In this document: piece after piece, positions 46,691 through 55,837 of the stretch | How the letters are laid out: the number at the start of each line of letters is the position of its first letter | Numbering within the stretch: the first letter of the stretch is position 1 | Source: an uncultured Gammaproteobacteria bacterium | GTDB taxonomy: Bacteria; Patescibacteriota; Microgenomatia; UBA10105; UBA927 | Direction of reading: 5' to 3' | DNA: 64,000 nt | Assembly (NCBI GenBank): GCA_964629685.1 | Contig: CAZVTT010000001.1 | Location: 81,877-145,876 of the forward strand | Notes under the pieces: generated by a model | What the model saw: only the letters and a program-made list of their open reading frames with translations | What the model was told of the DNA's origin: nothing | The model's database searches: none | Position numbers and translations under genes: made by a program

Positions 46691-46990
46691 CTATTTTCGC
46701 TTCTCAACCAAGTGATAAGTTACAAACCCAATTGGCCCGAAGACTACTCCCAGAAGCGCCCAAACCATTGATTTACTTTCAGCATAAATCCAATACGCAA
46801 ACCCACTATGTGCCACAACCCGTAAAATGGCATTGCTTAACCCAATCAACCAATATTCTGCCGGTTGCGGATTAGCAGGTAATAATCCTATCGCAGGCAT
46901 GACGGGACCGACAATATACGGTAGTAAAAACAATCCGACTGCTATTGCTGCATAACGTTCAGTTTTTGTAAATTGCATATTCCTCCTCAC
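46691..46990 (-). CDS. Small membrane protein, 99 aa
   Basis: Three hydrophobic helices. An RBS gaggagg precedes the start, and it is co-directional with the cobalamin module. Confidence 0.4.
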   Translation of the reverse strand: MRRNMQFTKTERYAAIAVGLFLLPYIVGPVMPAIGLLPANPQPAEYWLIGLSNAILRVVAHSGFAYWIYAESKSMVWALLGVVFGPIGFVTYHLVEKRK

Positions 46991-47070
46991 CCGTATTTGG
47001 GTTACTTAAGCGATATCACAAATTATATATAAATACAAAATGATTATCGCACATTTATTACTTTCCGTTT

Positions 47071-47094
47071 ACGAAAAAGGCCTGTTTCCAGGCC
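47071..47094 (-). terminator. Rho-independent terminator downstream of nrdJ
   Basis: Read on the minus strand: ggcctggaaacaggcc followed by ttttt. Confidence 0.5.
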
Positions 47095-47122
47095 TTCTCC
47101 GACGAATAAAACGTGTTAAATT

Positions 47123-49564
47123 CTAACATTCACTATAACCACAGCTATAGCACTTCTTACAACTTTCCTCAAATACTAGACTGCTGTCTCCGCATGTAGG
47201 ACAAAGATCCACCGTCACCATTCTTTTCTCACTAACCGGTGAGGGAGCAACAAAAGCTAATTGCTGTGCGGGTGGATTGTCTGAGGTAACCGTTGCCGGC
47301 ACATCAGAAACGTGTGCGGTATGACCATTACCATGCCCGTTTGCCGCATGACCGTTTCCGGTATTCGGATGCGAGACGGTTTCAAATTTTGGTTTACCGA
47401 AAAATCCGAAATGCCTATCTATCACTTTCGCAACAGCGTCCGGCAAACTCCGCACCCGGTTTTCTCCGAATCCCAACGATCGCGCTCCGCCAATACCGAT
47501 TAACTCCGCGGCTACTTTTCTGGCTCTTTCCATTGGTGGAATCGGTGATGCCATTCTCATAATTAATGAGATAAGTCTTCCCATAGCTTCAGCCAAAGCA
47601 GTAACATCGCTTCCTGCCTTACCGACATTAATAAACATCTCCAGTGGTTGATTTCCACCGTTAGTGTTAATGGTAACGTAGGCTTGTCCCATGGGGGTTT
47701 CTACTTGATATGTAGAACCTTGCACGACCATAGGACGTGGTTTAACTTCCGGAAACGGTTGAATAGTGGGTTCAACTTTCTTCTCGTCTGCTTTCTTTTC
47801 TTCCATACGGGTCAGGACACCATCTCTGCTGCCTTCGCGCATATAGGCAATCCCTTTGCATCCCAATTCATAAGCCAACGTATATAGTCGTTTTACATCC
47901 TCAACAGTATGTGTTTTAGGAGCATTGACCGTTTTGCTGATCGACGCATCTACGTACTTCTGGATAGTCGCCTGTACATGCACGTGGTCTTCCGGGGTTA
48001 AATCATTTGCCGAAACAAACCAGGCTGGCCGCTCTTCCCGGGATGGCTCCCGACCATGCTCAGTTTTAAACTGGGTGTACCATATTTCGTACAGCGGATG
48101 ACGCAGGATATGCTCTCCCAACCTGTCACGACGGATAAATTCAAACTCATAGACCGGTTCTATCCCCGAAGATACTCCGGATAACAAAGACGTCGATCCG
48201 GTGGGGGCTTGTTGCAGAATTACGGAATTACGGACACCGTGCTTCTTCATTCTCTTCAGGACCGGTTCCGGCAACTGCTTTACAAAATACCCTTCCAAAT
48301 GCTTTTTTATATCTATCTTAGGGAATGGGCCTTTTTCTGCAGCGACGTCTACAGATGATTCGTATGCTGCATCTCTAATCGTCCGGTAAATTTTATCTAT
48401 TACCGGCAAACTTTCGGCAGAACCATACCGTAGCTTCATTTTTATAAGCGCATCTCCGAGTCCCATTGTTCCCAAACCAATACGTCGTTCACCTTCCATC
48501 TGAACTTTCCTGATTTCATCAAAGACATAGAAATCTCCGTCAATAACGTCGTCCTGAAAGCGTACGCCAATTTTTGCAATCTGCGCGAGTTGTTCATAAT
48601 CCATTTCACCCTTATCATTTACCAGTGCAGCCAAATTTATGGAACAAAGATTGCATACTCCCCAATTCGGCAGACCTTCTTCACCGCATGGATTTACACA
48701 ATTAATATATTCAAAATAATAATTGTTGAACCACTTGTTATACCGCTCCATGAAAACAACGCCCGGTTCGGCACTTTTCCAAGCCGCGGTTGCTATTAAA
48801 TCCCACAGTGCACGCGCTTTTATGGTTTTTTGAACAACTGGTTTTTTCCCCAAAGCAATCCAGTTGGGCATATATCCGTCCCATTTCGTATCGTAGTCAG
48901 GATCACTCACGTCCGGGAAAACCAAATCCCAGTCGCGGTCATATTTAACGGCTTCCATGAAGGCGTCAGAGACACATACGGACAAATTTGCCCCGTTAAT
49001 GCGGGCTAGATCCTGTTTTACCGTAATGAATTCTTCAACATCGGGGTGCCAATCCCAAAGCATCAACATTAAAGCTCCGCGACGGCTTCCGCCTTGTTGG
49101 ATAATATCCCTGGTTGCAACGGAGAATAACTCAGCCCAATTACAAGGCCCGGAAGAAAAACCGTTCACTTTTTTTACCCGAGCTCCACGCGGTCGTAAAC
49201 TGGATAAATTAATACCCACTCCTCCGCCACGGGACATAATTTCTACCATTTGTGAGAGTGTTTTTAAAATACCACCGCGGGAGTCATGGGGACTGGGAAT
49301 AACAAAACAGTTATAAAACGTCACTTTGTATCCCGTTCCGGCGCCGGACAAAATACGCCCACCAGGGATGAGCTTAAAGCCTTCCATGGCACCGTAAAAT
49401 TTTTCTTCCCAATCTTTACGTTGCTCTTTGGGTTCTAACTGGGCAACTGCATGGGCAACGCGACGCCACATTTCTTCCGGCGTTTGCTCAACGGGTTTTC
49501 CCGCTTCGTCTTTAAGAGCATAACGGTCCAAAAAAACCGTTTTGCGTATGCCTGTCAATTCCAT
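47123..49564 (-). CDS. nrdJ: Ribonucleoside-triphosphate/diphosphate reductase, class II (adenosylcobalamin-dependent, NrdJ) with a C-terminal zinc ribbon
   Basis: 813 aa. The active-site region reads GVCNLCSINL. The long monomeric class II layout is present, with the C-terminal tail CPTCGDSSLVFEESCKKCYSCGYSEC. Confidence 0.85.
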   Translation of the reverse strand: MELTGIRKTVFLDRYALKDEAGKPVEQTPEEMWRRVAHAVAQLEPKEQRKDWEEKFYGAMEGFKLIPGGRILSGAGTGYKVTFYNCFVIPSPHDSRGGILKTLSQMVEIMSRGGGVGINLSSLRPRGARVKKVNGFSSGPCNWAELFSVATRDIIQQGGSRRGALMLMLWDWHPDVEEFITVKQDLARINGANLSVCVSDAFMEAVKYDRDWDLVFPDVSDPDYDTKWDGYMPNWIALGKKPVVQKTIKARALWDLIATAAWKSAEPGVVFMERYNKWFNNYYFEYINCVNPCGEEGLPNWGVCNLCSINLAALVNDKGEMDYEQLAQIAKIGVRFQDDVIDGDFYVFDEIRKVQMEGERRIGLGTMGLGDALIKMKLRYGSAESLPVIDKIYRTIRDAAYESSVDVAAEKGPFPKIDIKKHLEGYFVKQLPEPVLKRMKKHGVRNSVILQQAPTGSTSLLSGVSSGIEPVYEFEFIRRDRLGEHILRHPLYEIWYTQFKTEHGREPSREERPAWFVSANDLTPEDHVHVQATIQKYVDASISKTVNAPKTHTVEDVKRLYTLAYELGCKGIAYMREGSRDGVLTRMEEKKADEKKVEPTIQPFPEVKPRPMVVQGSTYQVETPMGQAYVTINTNGGNQPLEMFINVGKAGSDVTALAEAMGRLISLIMRMASPIPPMERARKVAAELIGIGGARSLGFGENRVRSLPDAVAKVIDRHFGFFGKPKFETVSHPNTGNGHAANGHGNGHTAHVSDVPATVTSDNPPAQQLAFVAPSPVSEKRMVTVDLCPTCGDSSLVFEESCKKCYSCGYSEC

Positions 49565-49632
49565 AGAACCTCCTTAATATAGAGTGTCATTAAGAGAATA
49601 ATGACTAACGTAATGTTCATACGAACAAAATT

Positions 49633-50079
49633 TTACAATAATTTCTTAACTTCCTTTTCAAAATCTTCTACATCTACGAACCGCCTAAAAACGCTGGCGA
49701 ATCGGATGTAAGCAATCTTATCAAGTTTCTTCAATCTTCTGGCTACCAAGTCACCTATTTTCTGACTCGTTATTTCCGTTGAGTCACCCGATATTAACTC
49801 TCGTTCCACTTCGTCTACAATCCGATCAACGTCTTCCGCTTTAATCGTCGTCTTTCCACTGGCTCTCCATATCCCCCGTTTCAATTTTTCTCTGTCAAAA
49901 GATTCTCTCCGTTGATCTTTTTTAATTACCGTTAACGGTACACTCTCAACCCTCTCGTAGGTAGTAAACCGTTTTTCACATTTAGGACAATGACGTCGAC
50001 GTCGGGTCACACTTAGATCTTCACTATCTCGTGTTTCAATTACTTCCGAATTTGAATAGTTACAATATGGACACTTCAT
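49633..50079 (-). CDS. nrdR: Transcriptional repressor NrdR
   Basis: MKCPYCNYSNSEVIETRDSEDL...RRRRHCPKCEKRFTTYERVE, a zinc ribbon followed by an ATP-cone domain. Confidence 0.9.
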   Translation of the reverse strand: MKCPYCNYSNSEVIETRDSEDLSVTRRRRHCPKCEKRFTTYERVESVPLTVIKKDQRRESFDREKLKRGIWRASGKTTIKAEDVDRIVDEVERELISGDSTEITSQKIGDLVARRLKKLDKIAYIRFASVFRRFVDVEDFEKEVKKLL

Positions 50080-50178
50080 CGTCGCAGTCTTCGTTGTTAA
50101 CCTTATCCAGATGTATCCGTACTTCCCTTTTGTATAATTTTAGTAGGATAGAACGCTCTTTTCCTTGTGAAAACTAAA

Positions 50179-50194
50179 ACGCTATATCTGGTGC
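50179..50194. promoter_or_regulatory. Candidate NrdR box upstream of nrdR
   Basis: acgctatatctggtgc matches 12/16 positions of the acaCwAtATaTwGtgt consensus, about 100 nt upstream of the nrdR start. Confidence 0.25.
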
Positions 50195-50427
50195 CAACAC
50201 CAATCCTAAGACACTACCTGTCGGGGAGTCAACTACCAAGAACTAGATCAAACCTTGTCAGCAAAACACTCCAGCTTCAACATGCATCAACGTGAGGAAA
50301 AAGTACGGCAATTACTATTGCACTACAAAAAGAATTACTGCAGAAGCAACCGGTATATTACAAAAAGTACTCAATCCTGAGCTATTTACTCGGCAGATTG
50401 GTTGCAACGGACAGATCTAAGGACAGT

Positions 50428-51012
50428 TTATCTTTTTTGTAATTGATCTGCGAATGCGGTAACAGCAGCCCCTAGCTCCGTAAACTTACCCGCTTCCGTT
50501 CCCGCCTGCAACTGCAACTCTGCAATAGTTTCCTGATGTTTAACTATAGCTTGTCGCATTTTCTCCACTACAGGTTGAGTATCTTTGCCGGCTTCCGTTG
50601 CTATCTGTAATTGTTGTAGTGCTTTCAGTCGGTACTCCCCTGCCTGAATTAATGCCGTAATAACTAAAGGTGTATTTTTTTTACCCATCATGAATATAGC
50701 AGTATTCACTGCTTTATCAGACTGTACCGCAAAAAATTCTGCTTTCCGCAGTGGGTCACTAATTAACCGCTCTACTATTGCGTCCCGCACCTGTTTTAAG
50801 AAAAAAAGTGGATGATCCGGAAGAATACCCGGATACGGCAGTGCATATGTTGACTGAGCCTGAACTATCGCCGCGGTGGGAACACGGGTTTCCTCCGTTG
50901 CTTCTTTTGTGATTACGGATGTGGGACTGGGTGTTAGGGCAAAAACGGAGACAGGTACTGCCAGAGCAGTCACAAGCCCGATCAGTGCGACAATGAGCAT
51001 TTGTTTTACCAT
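50428..51012 (-). CDS. Secreted hypothetical protein (DUF5667-like helical protein)
   Basis: Signal/anchor MVKQMLIVALIGLVTALAVPVSVFA, then a helical Ala/Gln-rich domain. Confidence 0.45.
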   Translation of the reverse strand: MVKQMLIVALIGLVTALAVPVSVFALTPSPTSVITKEATEETRVPTAAIVQAQSTYALPYPGILPDHPLFFLKQVRDAIVERLISDPLRKAEFFAVQSDKAVNTAIFMMGKKNTPLVITALIQAGEYRLKALQQLQIATEAGKDTQPVVEKMRQAIVKHQETIAELQLQAGTEAGKFTELGAAVTAFADQLQKR

Positions 51013-51063
51013 ACTGCCTCCTTCGTCTACCGTAGACAATTGCGGGAATTTTATCTCCCGTCA

Positions 51064-51606
51064 TTATACAAGTTTAGCTAAATCAACAGGATCTAACTGT
51101 ATCAAATTAAACACATCTTTTTCAAGTTGCTTTACTCTCGGGTAAATTTGCCGTAATTCCGTCTTTACCGTTTCCGGTAAAGGTTCTGCTAACCATAAAT
51201 CAAATCGCTTATCTACGGTTAAAACCTCATACTTCACCATCTTATCCGCTAAAAACAACAGTTTTTCCTCCCAGGTCCGGGGACCATTATCGGAATTTAG
51301 CAGCATATGAACCGGATGCGTAGCAACTATATCAGCCAGTTCCCCCATCCCCGACTCACGCAGCACCCTAACGCCGGCATCAGGGTGCTGCTCCCCGGCC
51401 ATTTTTGGTATTGCTTTGTCTATATCGTGAAGCAACGCTGCGCTTTCGAGCAACTGCAGATTAATCCGAATATCCGACTTTTTTTCCATTACTCTTTTAG
51501 CGAGAAACACAGCAACTTTCGCAACTAAAGCAACGTGTACTCTTTTTGCTTCAGGGAGCTTGTAAATATCCCAAAATTTCTTTGCCTGTTCAGGAGTTGG
51601 TATCAT
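51064..51606 (-). CDS. HD-domain phosphohydrolase
   Basis: HV...ALLHDIDK plus a downstream His/Asp (ATHPVHM...LADKM), consistent with the HD superfamily H...HD...D pattern. Confidence 0.65.
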   Translation of the reverse strand: MIPTPEQAKKFWDIYKLPEAKRVHVALVAKVAVFLAKRVMEKKSDIRINLQLLESAALLHDIDKAIPKMAGEQHPDAGVRVLRESGMGELADIVATHPVHMLLNSDNGPRTWEEKLLFLADKMVKYEVLTVDKRFDLWLAEPLPETVKTELRQIYPRVKQLEKDVFNLIQLDPVDLAKLV

Positions 51607-51685
51607 ACATCACGTCGTAATATTGCAAACAAATAATCCTTATCGTACACTGCCTACGTCGACCCAACATTATCATAACACTCAT

Positions 51686-52537
51686 ATGTTACCTACAGTA
51701 TTAATTACATTTAGGGAAGTGATAGAGGCTTCGCTGATAGTTGCCACAATACTGGGAATTCTGGTCAAAATCGGCCAACGCAATAGTATTAAAACGGTAT
51801 GGATAGCAACAGCCACAGCCGCATTCGTTTGTATCGGGCTACTGGTTATCGGAAGCATAGTGGGACTAAAAATTCAGGAATTATACACCGGTACAATTGA
51901 ACAAATTACTGAAGGTGTACTTATGGTTACCTCGGCAGTATTTATTACCTGGGCTGTTTTTTTTCTCCACTCATATTTTGCCCGATACAAAACACACTTA
52001 TTACAAAAAATTAAGGCAACCGTAGAAAAGGAAGAACAGAAAGGACTTTTTATTTTAGTGTTTACCGCTGTGTTTCGTGAGGGCTTTGAAATAGTACTAT
52101 TTCTTTCAACAGTATTTTTGTCTAGTGACCCACAAACTATTTTCAGCGGATTCCTACTCGGAGCAATCGCGGCACTTATCGTCGCGTTTGGCTTATTTTC
52201 CGCAACTATTAAACTCCCGGTATTTCAAACGTTTAGGATAACCAGCATACTTTTAATCACCTTCGCCGGCGGATTACTCGCCCGCGGAGTTCACGAATTT
52301 GCGGAAGCCGGATTACTCCCGGAGATAGGAAGTATTTCCCTTACCTTTCTTCCGCATAATGAAACACTCGTTGGCGGATTACTCAAAGCTATTTTTGGCA
52401 TCACACAACACATGGATTATCTCCAACTTACATTATATGTCGCGTACCTAAGCTTTATGTCTTGGAGAATTTTTCTGAGGAAAAGCCTTCCCACACCACA
52501 CCAACTTCACCAGGATAATAAAAACGAAGACGAATAA
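51686..52537 (+). CDS. FTR1/EfeU-family iron permease
   Basis: Two REXXE-type motifs lie in TM helices (FREVIEASLIV and FREGFEIVLF), in a 7-TM-like protein. Confidence 0.65.
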   Translation: MLPTVLITFREVIEASLIVATILGILVKIGQRNSIKTVWIATATAAFVCIGLLVIGSIVGLKIQELYTGTIEQITEGVLMVTSAVFITWAVFFLHSYFARYKTHLLQKIKATVEKEEQKGLFILVFTAVFREGFEIVLFLSTVFLSSDPQTIFSGFLLGAIAALIVAFGLFSATIKLPVFQTFRITSILLITFAGGLLARGVHEFAEAGLLPEIGSISLTFLPHNETLVGGLLKAIFGITQHMDYLQLTLYVAYLSFMSWRIFLRKSLPTPHQLHQDNKNEDE

Positions 52538-52542
52538 ATAAT

Positions 52543-53199
52543 TTATTTATTCGCCGGCTGACCATTGGCTGTATAGTACCCTAGCGCCTGTAACACAATA
52601 TTCACGGCTTCCGTGGGTCCGTGCGAATATGTATTAACCACTAAGTCATAATATTTAGGGTCCCAAAAATCGGACACTTTATACATCCGTTCCCACTTAC
52701 TAAGATTAGTATCTTCCCTATCCTTTAAATGCTTTTTGGCATCTTCAACTGTCAAGTTATCCCGATTTACTACCCTATCAATCCGCAGTGCATCATCACA
52801 CATGAGCAGCACCCGCAATACATGGGGCAACCCGCGCATATTCCATCCCGCTATCCAGGATTCAACCGCTACATGATTTGCCGGATCAGTTAATTTCTCC
52901 CGTAAAGCCACATCTATTTGCAGGTCTACATCATCTCCGTAATCCGTCGCCTTGTGGTGTGCAGCATTCTTGGGATCGTGTGCTCCGTTTTCGATGGCAA
53001 ATTGCCTGGCCCAATCTCCACCGGAAAAGAATTCCCATCCGAGTGGTTCCAGGAAGGGTCGTAAGTTTTTAAGAAGGGTTGATCGTCCGGCTCCCGGTCG
53101 TCCTGATAGTGCTACGCTCGAATATTTTAACGGCTTCTGGTTAGTTGATTTTGGGGAATTTTGCTGATCCATAGACGTATTATAAAGATACCTTGACAA
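52543..53199 (-). CDS. P-loop nucleoside monophosphate kinase-like protein (cytidylate kinase family)
   Basis: Walker A LSGRPGAGRSTLLKNL. It is about 218 aa and sits in the nucleotide salvage neighbourhood. Confidence 0.45.
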   Translation of the reverse strand: MSRYLYNTSMDQQNSPKSTNQKPLKYSSVALSGRPGAGRSTLLKNLRPFLEPLGWEFFSGGDWARQFAIENGAHDPKNAAHHKATDYGDDVDLQIDVALREKLTDPANHVAVESWIAGWNMRGLPHVLRVLLMCDDALRIDRVVNRDNLTVEDAKKHLKDREDTNLSKWERMYKVSDFWDPKYYDLVVNTYSHGPTEAVNIVLQALGYYTANGQPANK

Positions 53200-53226
53200 A
53201 CGTCAAGCAGTGGCCCATAATAAACT

Positions 53227-53814
53227 ATGGACATTCATTACCTCCCCGTCTCCTGGTTAGATTACCATTCCCTCGCTCAGAAACTGGCTGCAACCGTACT
53301 AACCCACAATGCCAATATTAATGAAATAGTTGCCATATCCAGAGGAGGATTAACACTGGGCCATCTGCTTTCCGACTTCCTCAGAATCCCTATTTCTACC
53401 ATTACCATCCAAAGTTACACGGATATACAAACCCAAGGTGAACTCAAAATTACCGCCGAACTGCAAACACCAATTGCCGGAAAACATATATTGTTAGTAG
53501 ATGATGTCGCCGACTCCGGTAAAACGCTGGTGCGTGCCATTGAGTACCTGAAAACATTTGAACCAAAGCAGGTCACTACGCTAACCATGTTTTATAAACC
53601 GCGCTCAGTATACCGTCCTGATTTTTACGCACGGGAAACCACAGACTGGATTCTGTTTCCCTACGAACCTACAGAAATGATTATGTTGCTATCCCAACAA
53701 CTGGATAAAGATGGAAAAACAAAGGCAGAAATCCAGTCATTTCTCGAAGGACTAGGATATACAGAAGAACAAATTGCGTTCGTACGCAGGCACTATCTTG
53801 TACCAAAAACATGA
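53227..53814 (+). CDS. Type I phosphoribosyltransferase (purine PRTase, Gpt/Hpt-like)
   Basis: PRPP-binding motif HILLVDDVADSGKTL. 195 aa. Confidence 0.7.
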   Translation: MDIHYLPVSWLDYHSLAQKLAATVLTHNANINEIVAISRGGLTLGHLLSDFLRIPISTITIQSYTDIQTQGELKITAELQTPIAGKHILLVDDVADSGKTLVRAIEYLKTFEPKQVTTLTMFYKPRSVYRPDFYARETTDWILFPYEPTEMIMLLSQQLDKDGKTKAEIQSFLEGLGYTEEQIAFVRRHYLVPKT

Positions 53815-53897
53815 TACATGACAAAAAAAAGTGAAATACCGTAGTCACAAAGACTGCAGCCTGCTGCGGTCTTTTTTTATTTTAGGAGGATAAAATA

Positions 53898-54647
53898 ATG
53901 GCAGTACAAAGAGAGTTAGGCAAATCGCTTACCGCTGCTGAAATTCAATCTTTATCGGTTGCCGACATGCTTAAACTTGTACTCGATACGGATAGCCCAA
54001 CGGAGCTACGGCGTTTTGCTAAAGCACGCTTTGCAGTTGAGGCGGCAGTACAGAACGACAACCACGAAGCGCCATTTATTCTTTGGCCGGTAATTAATCG
54101 CGTACCTGAAGCTTGGTTACCTGTAGCCCTGGCAAAAGTAGTTCGTGCTGAAGCACCGCATACTGAAAAACCGCAGATAATCATTACAATTCCCAGCTCC
54201 GCTATTTGGTACGGAGAGCATATTCGCGAACACCACGTATTTAACGGAGCAATATATCCTTTGGTAGCAAAACAGAAACAGATTTCGGAATTGAACTTAG
54301 ATACGGTAACTTCCAGACAAATTGCTGTACCTTCATATGTTCATAACAGACTGGCAGACGGTCAAAGAGGAACACAGGATATGTGGTTCTTCACACCGGA
54401 ATTATACGCCGGAGCAGAGCTCACTATAATTGATGATGCATTAGCTGAAGGATATACCGGACTGGCTATCGCTAAATTCGCGCGGGAAGAATTGGGTGTC
54501 AACAGTGTTTACCTGGGTGTCCCCATGACGAAAGCCATGCAGGGTGGCCGGGAACGGTTATTGGATTCAGGATTAGTTGACGGTATTTCTACTCTCATCA
54601 CTGTTACGGAAACACACGGAAAAGGTGAGCCGATGAACTATGAATAA
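53898..54647 (+). CDS. Hypothetical protein with a C-terminal PRTase-like PRPP-binding motif
   Basis: ELTIIDDALAEGYTGLAIAKFA resembles the PRTase acidic PRPP motif. The N-terminal ~150 aa are unassigned. Confidence 0.4.
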   Translation: MAVQRELGKSLTAAEIQSLSVADMLKLVLDTDSPTELRRFAKARFAVEAAVQNDNHEAPFILWPVINRVPEAWLPVALAKVVRAEAPHTEKPQIIITIPSSAIWYGEHIREHHVFNGAIYPLVAKQKQISELNLDTVTSRQIAVPSYVHNRLADGQRGTQDMWFFTPELYAGAELTIIDDALAEGYTGLAIAKFAREELGVNSVYLGVPMTKAMQGGRERLLDSGLVDGISTLITVTETHGKGEPMNYE

Positions 54648-55278
54648 TCAGCATCGTTTTATCACCGTCATCGGCAACATCGCATCGGGAAAATCCACTA
54701 TTACCCGTTTGCTGGCACAATCACTCAACGCCGAATTGGTTCAGGCAGATGAATTTTATAAAACTAATCCGTTTTTCCAGGATGCCGTGGTAGACCGATC
54801 CCGCTGGTCCCTCGCTTCCGATATTTGGTTTCTAATGAAACGGGTAGAAATGGCAAAACAAATAGAGACACTGCTCGCGACAAAAGATGTAGTACAGGAT
54901 AGTGGTTTACTCATGTCTTGGGTGTACGCAAACAGCCGTATAGATGCCGGATATATGAATTCTAAGGAAACTGAATTATATAACATGCTATTTACCTCCC
55001 TGACGCAGAACATTCCAAAGGAACACATTGTAATTTTTCTTAATATTCCGGTAGAGATACTGAAAAAACGTATTGTACATAGGAATAGAGACTTCGAGAT
55101 TAAACATCATTCCCCTACCTACCTGGACGGGCTAGCAAAGTCTCTTGCTCTAATGGTACAAACTGTACAAGCCCAAAACATACCAGTATTAGAATATAAT
55201 GAAAAAAACAGTGCTGAACCGCAGGCATTAGTACTTCAAATAATTGAAGATATTACCAAAGGAGTCTTGTATGACTGA
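54640..55278 (+). CDS. Deoxynucleoside kinase (dNK/dCK-dGK family)
   Basis: The N-terminus RFITVIGNIASGKSTITRLLAQ is the P-loop of deoxynucleoside kinases. The gene is about 212 aa and its stop overlaps the next gene. Confidence 0.75.
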   Translation: MNNQHRFITVIGNIASGKSTITRLLAQSLNAELVQADEFYKTNPFFQDAVVDRSRWSLASDIWFLMKRVEMAKQIETLLATKDVVQDSGLLMSWVYANSRIDAGYMNSKETELYNMLFTSLTQNIPKEHIVIFLNIPVEILKKRIVHRNRDFEIKHHSPTYLDGLAKSLALMVQTVQAQNIPVLEYNEKNSAEPQALVLQIIEDITKGVLYD

Positions 55279-55816
55279 AACCTCTCAAACGTTATCTGTT
55301 GAACAAGCTATTAGTATATTTATGACTGCAGCTGAACCTTCCGGAGGTTTTGTACCCCCACAAGCAGCAGGGATATTGAAACAATGCCGGGCTAACTTTA
55401 TTCCTTCTCCTGAGGCGTTAGGAAACGAAATTACTCGCAGTCCGGACACGATTAATCGCTTAACCAAAGCTATAAATAATATCCACGGAGAAAAAGCGCG
55501 TCCTGGATCCGTTCATAAACTTACTCCAGAGCAAGTCAGTGGTCAGGTGGATTCTGTATTTTACTTAGCAGAGCTAATGACGGTATTACCTCCCGATGTA
55601 GTGGATTCTATTACTGGAGAAAGATTTACGCATTGGAAAAACGAAGCAAGTCACATAAAAACACAGCTACTTCAGAAACCTGGTTTTGATGAGGCACGCG
55701 CGCATAGAATGGCAAATAGCCAGGTAGAAGAACATTTTTTGGAAGAAGTATACAGCACTATTGAAGCCCATGGCGGAAGAGTACCAAGACCGTCATATGA
55801 TCCTGATGCGTATTAA
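55271..55816 (+). CDS. Hypothetical protein
   Basis: An ORF that overlaps the dNK stop. There are no recognisable motifs, and the start is estimated at MTETSQ. Confidence 0.35.
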   Translation: MTETSQTLSVEQAISIFMTAAEPSGGFVPPQAAGILKQCRANFIPSPEALGNEITRSPDTINRLTKAINNIHGEKARPGSVHKLTPEQVSGQVDSVFYLAELMTVLPPDVVDSITGERFTHWKNEASHIKTQLLQKPGFDEARAHRMANSQVEEHFLEEVYSTIEAHGGRVPRPSYDPDAY

Positions 55817-55837
55817 GAATATTACAAAGGAGGCCGC

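Noticed and set aside
49565-49632. NrdR box between nrdR and nrdJ (gacactctatattaagg)
   Set aside because: It has only a partial half-site resemblance and is not palindromic. It is too weak to call.
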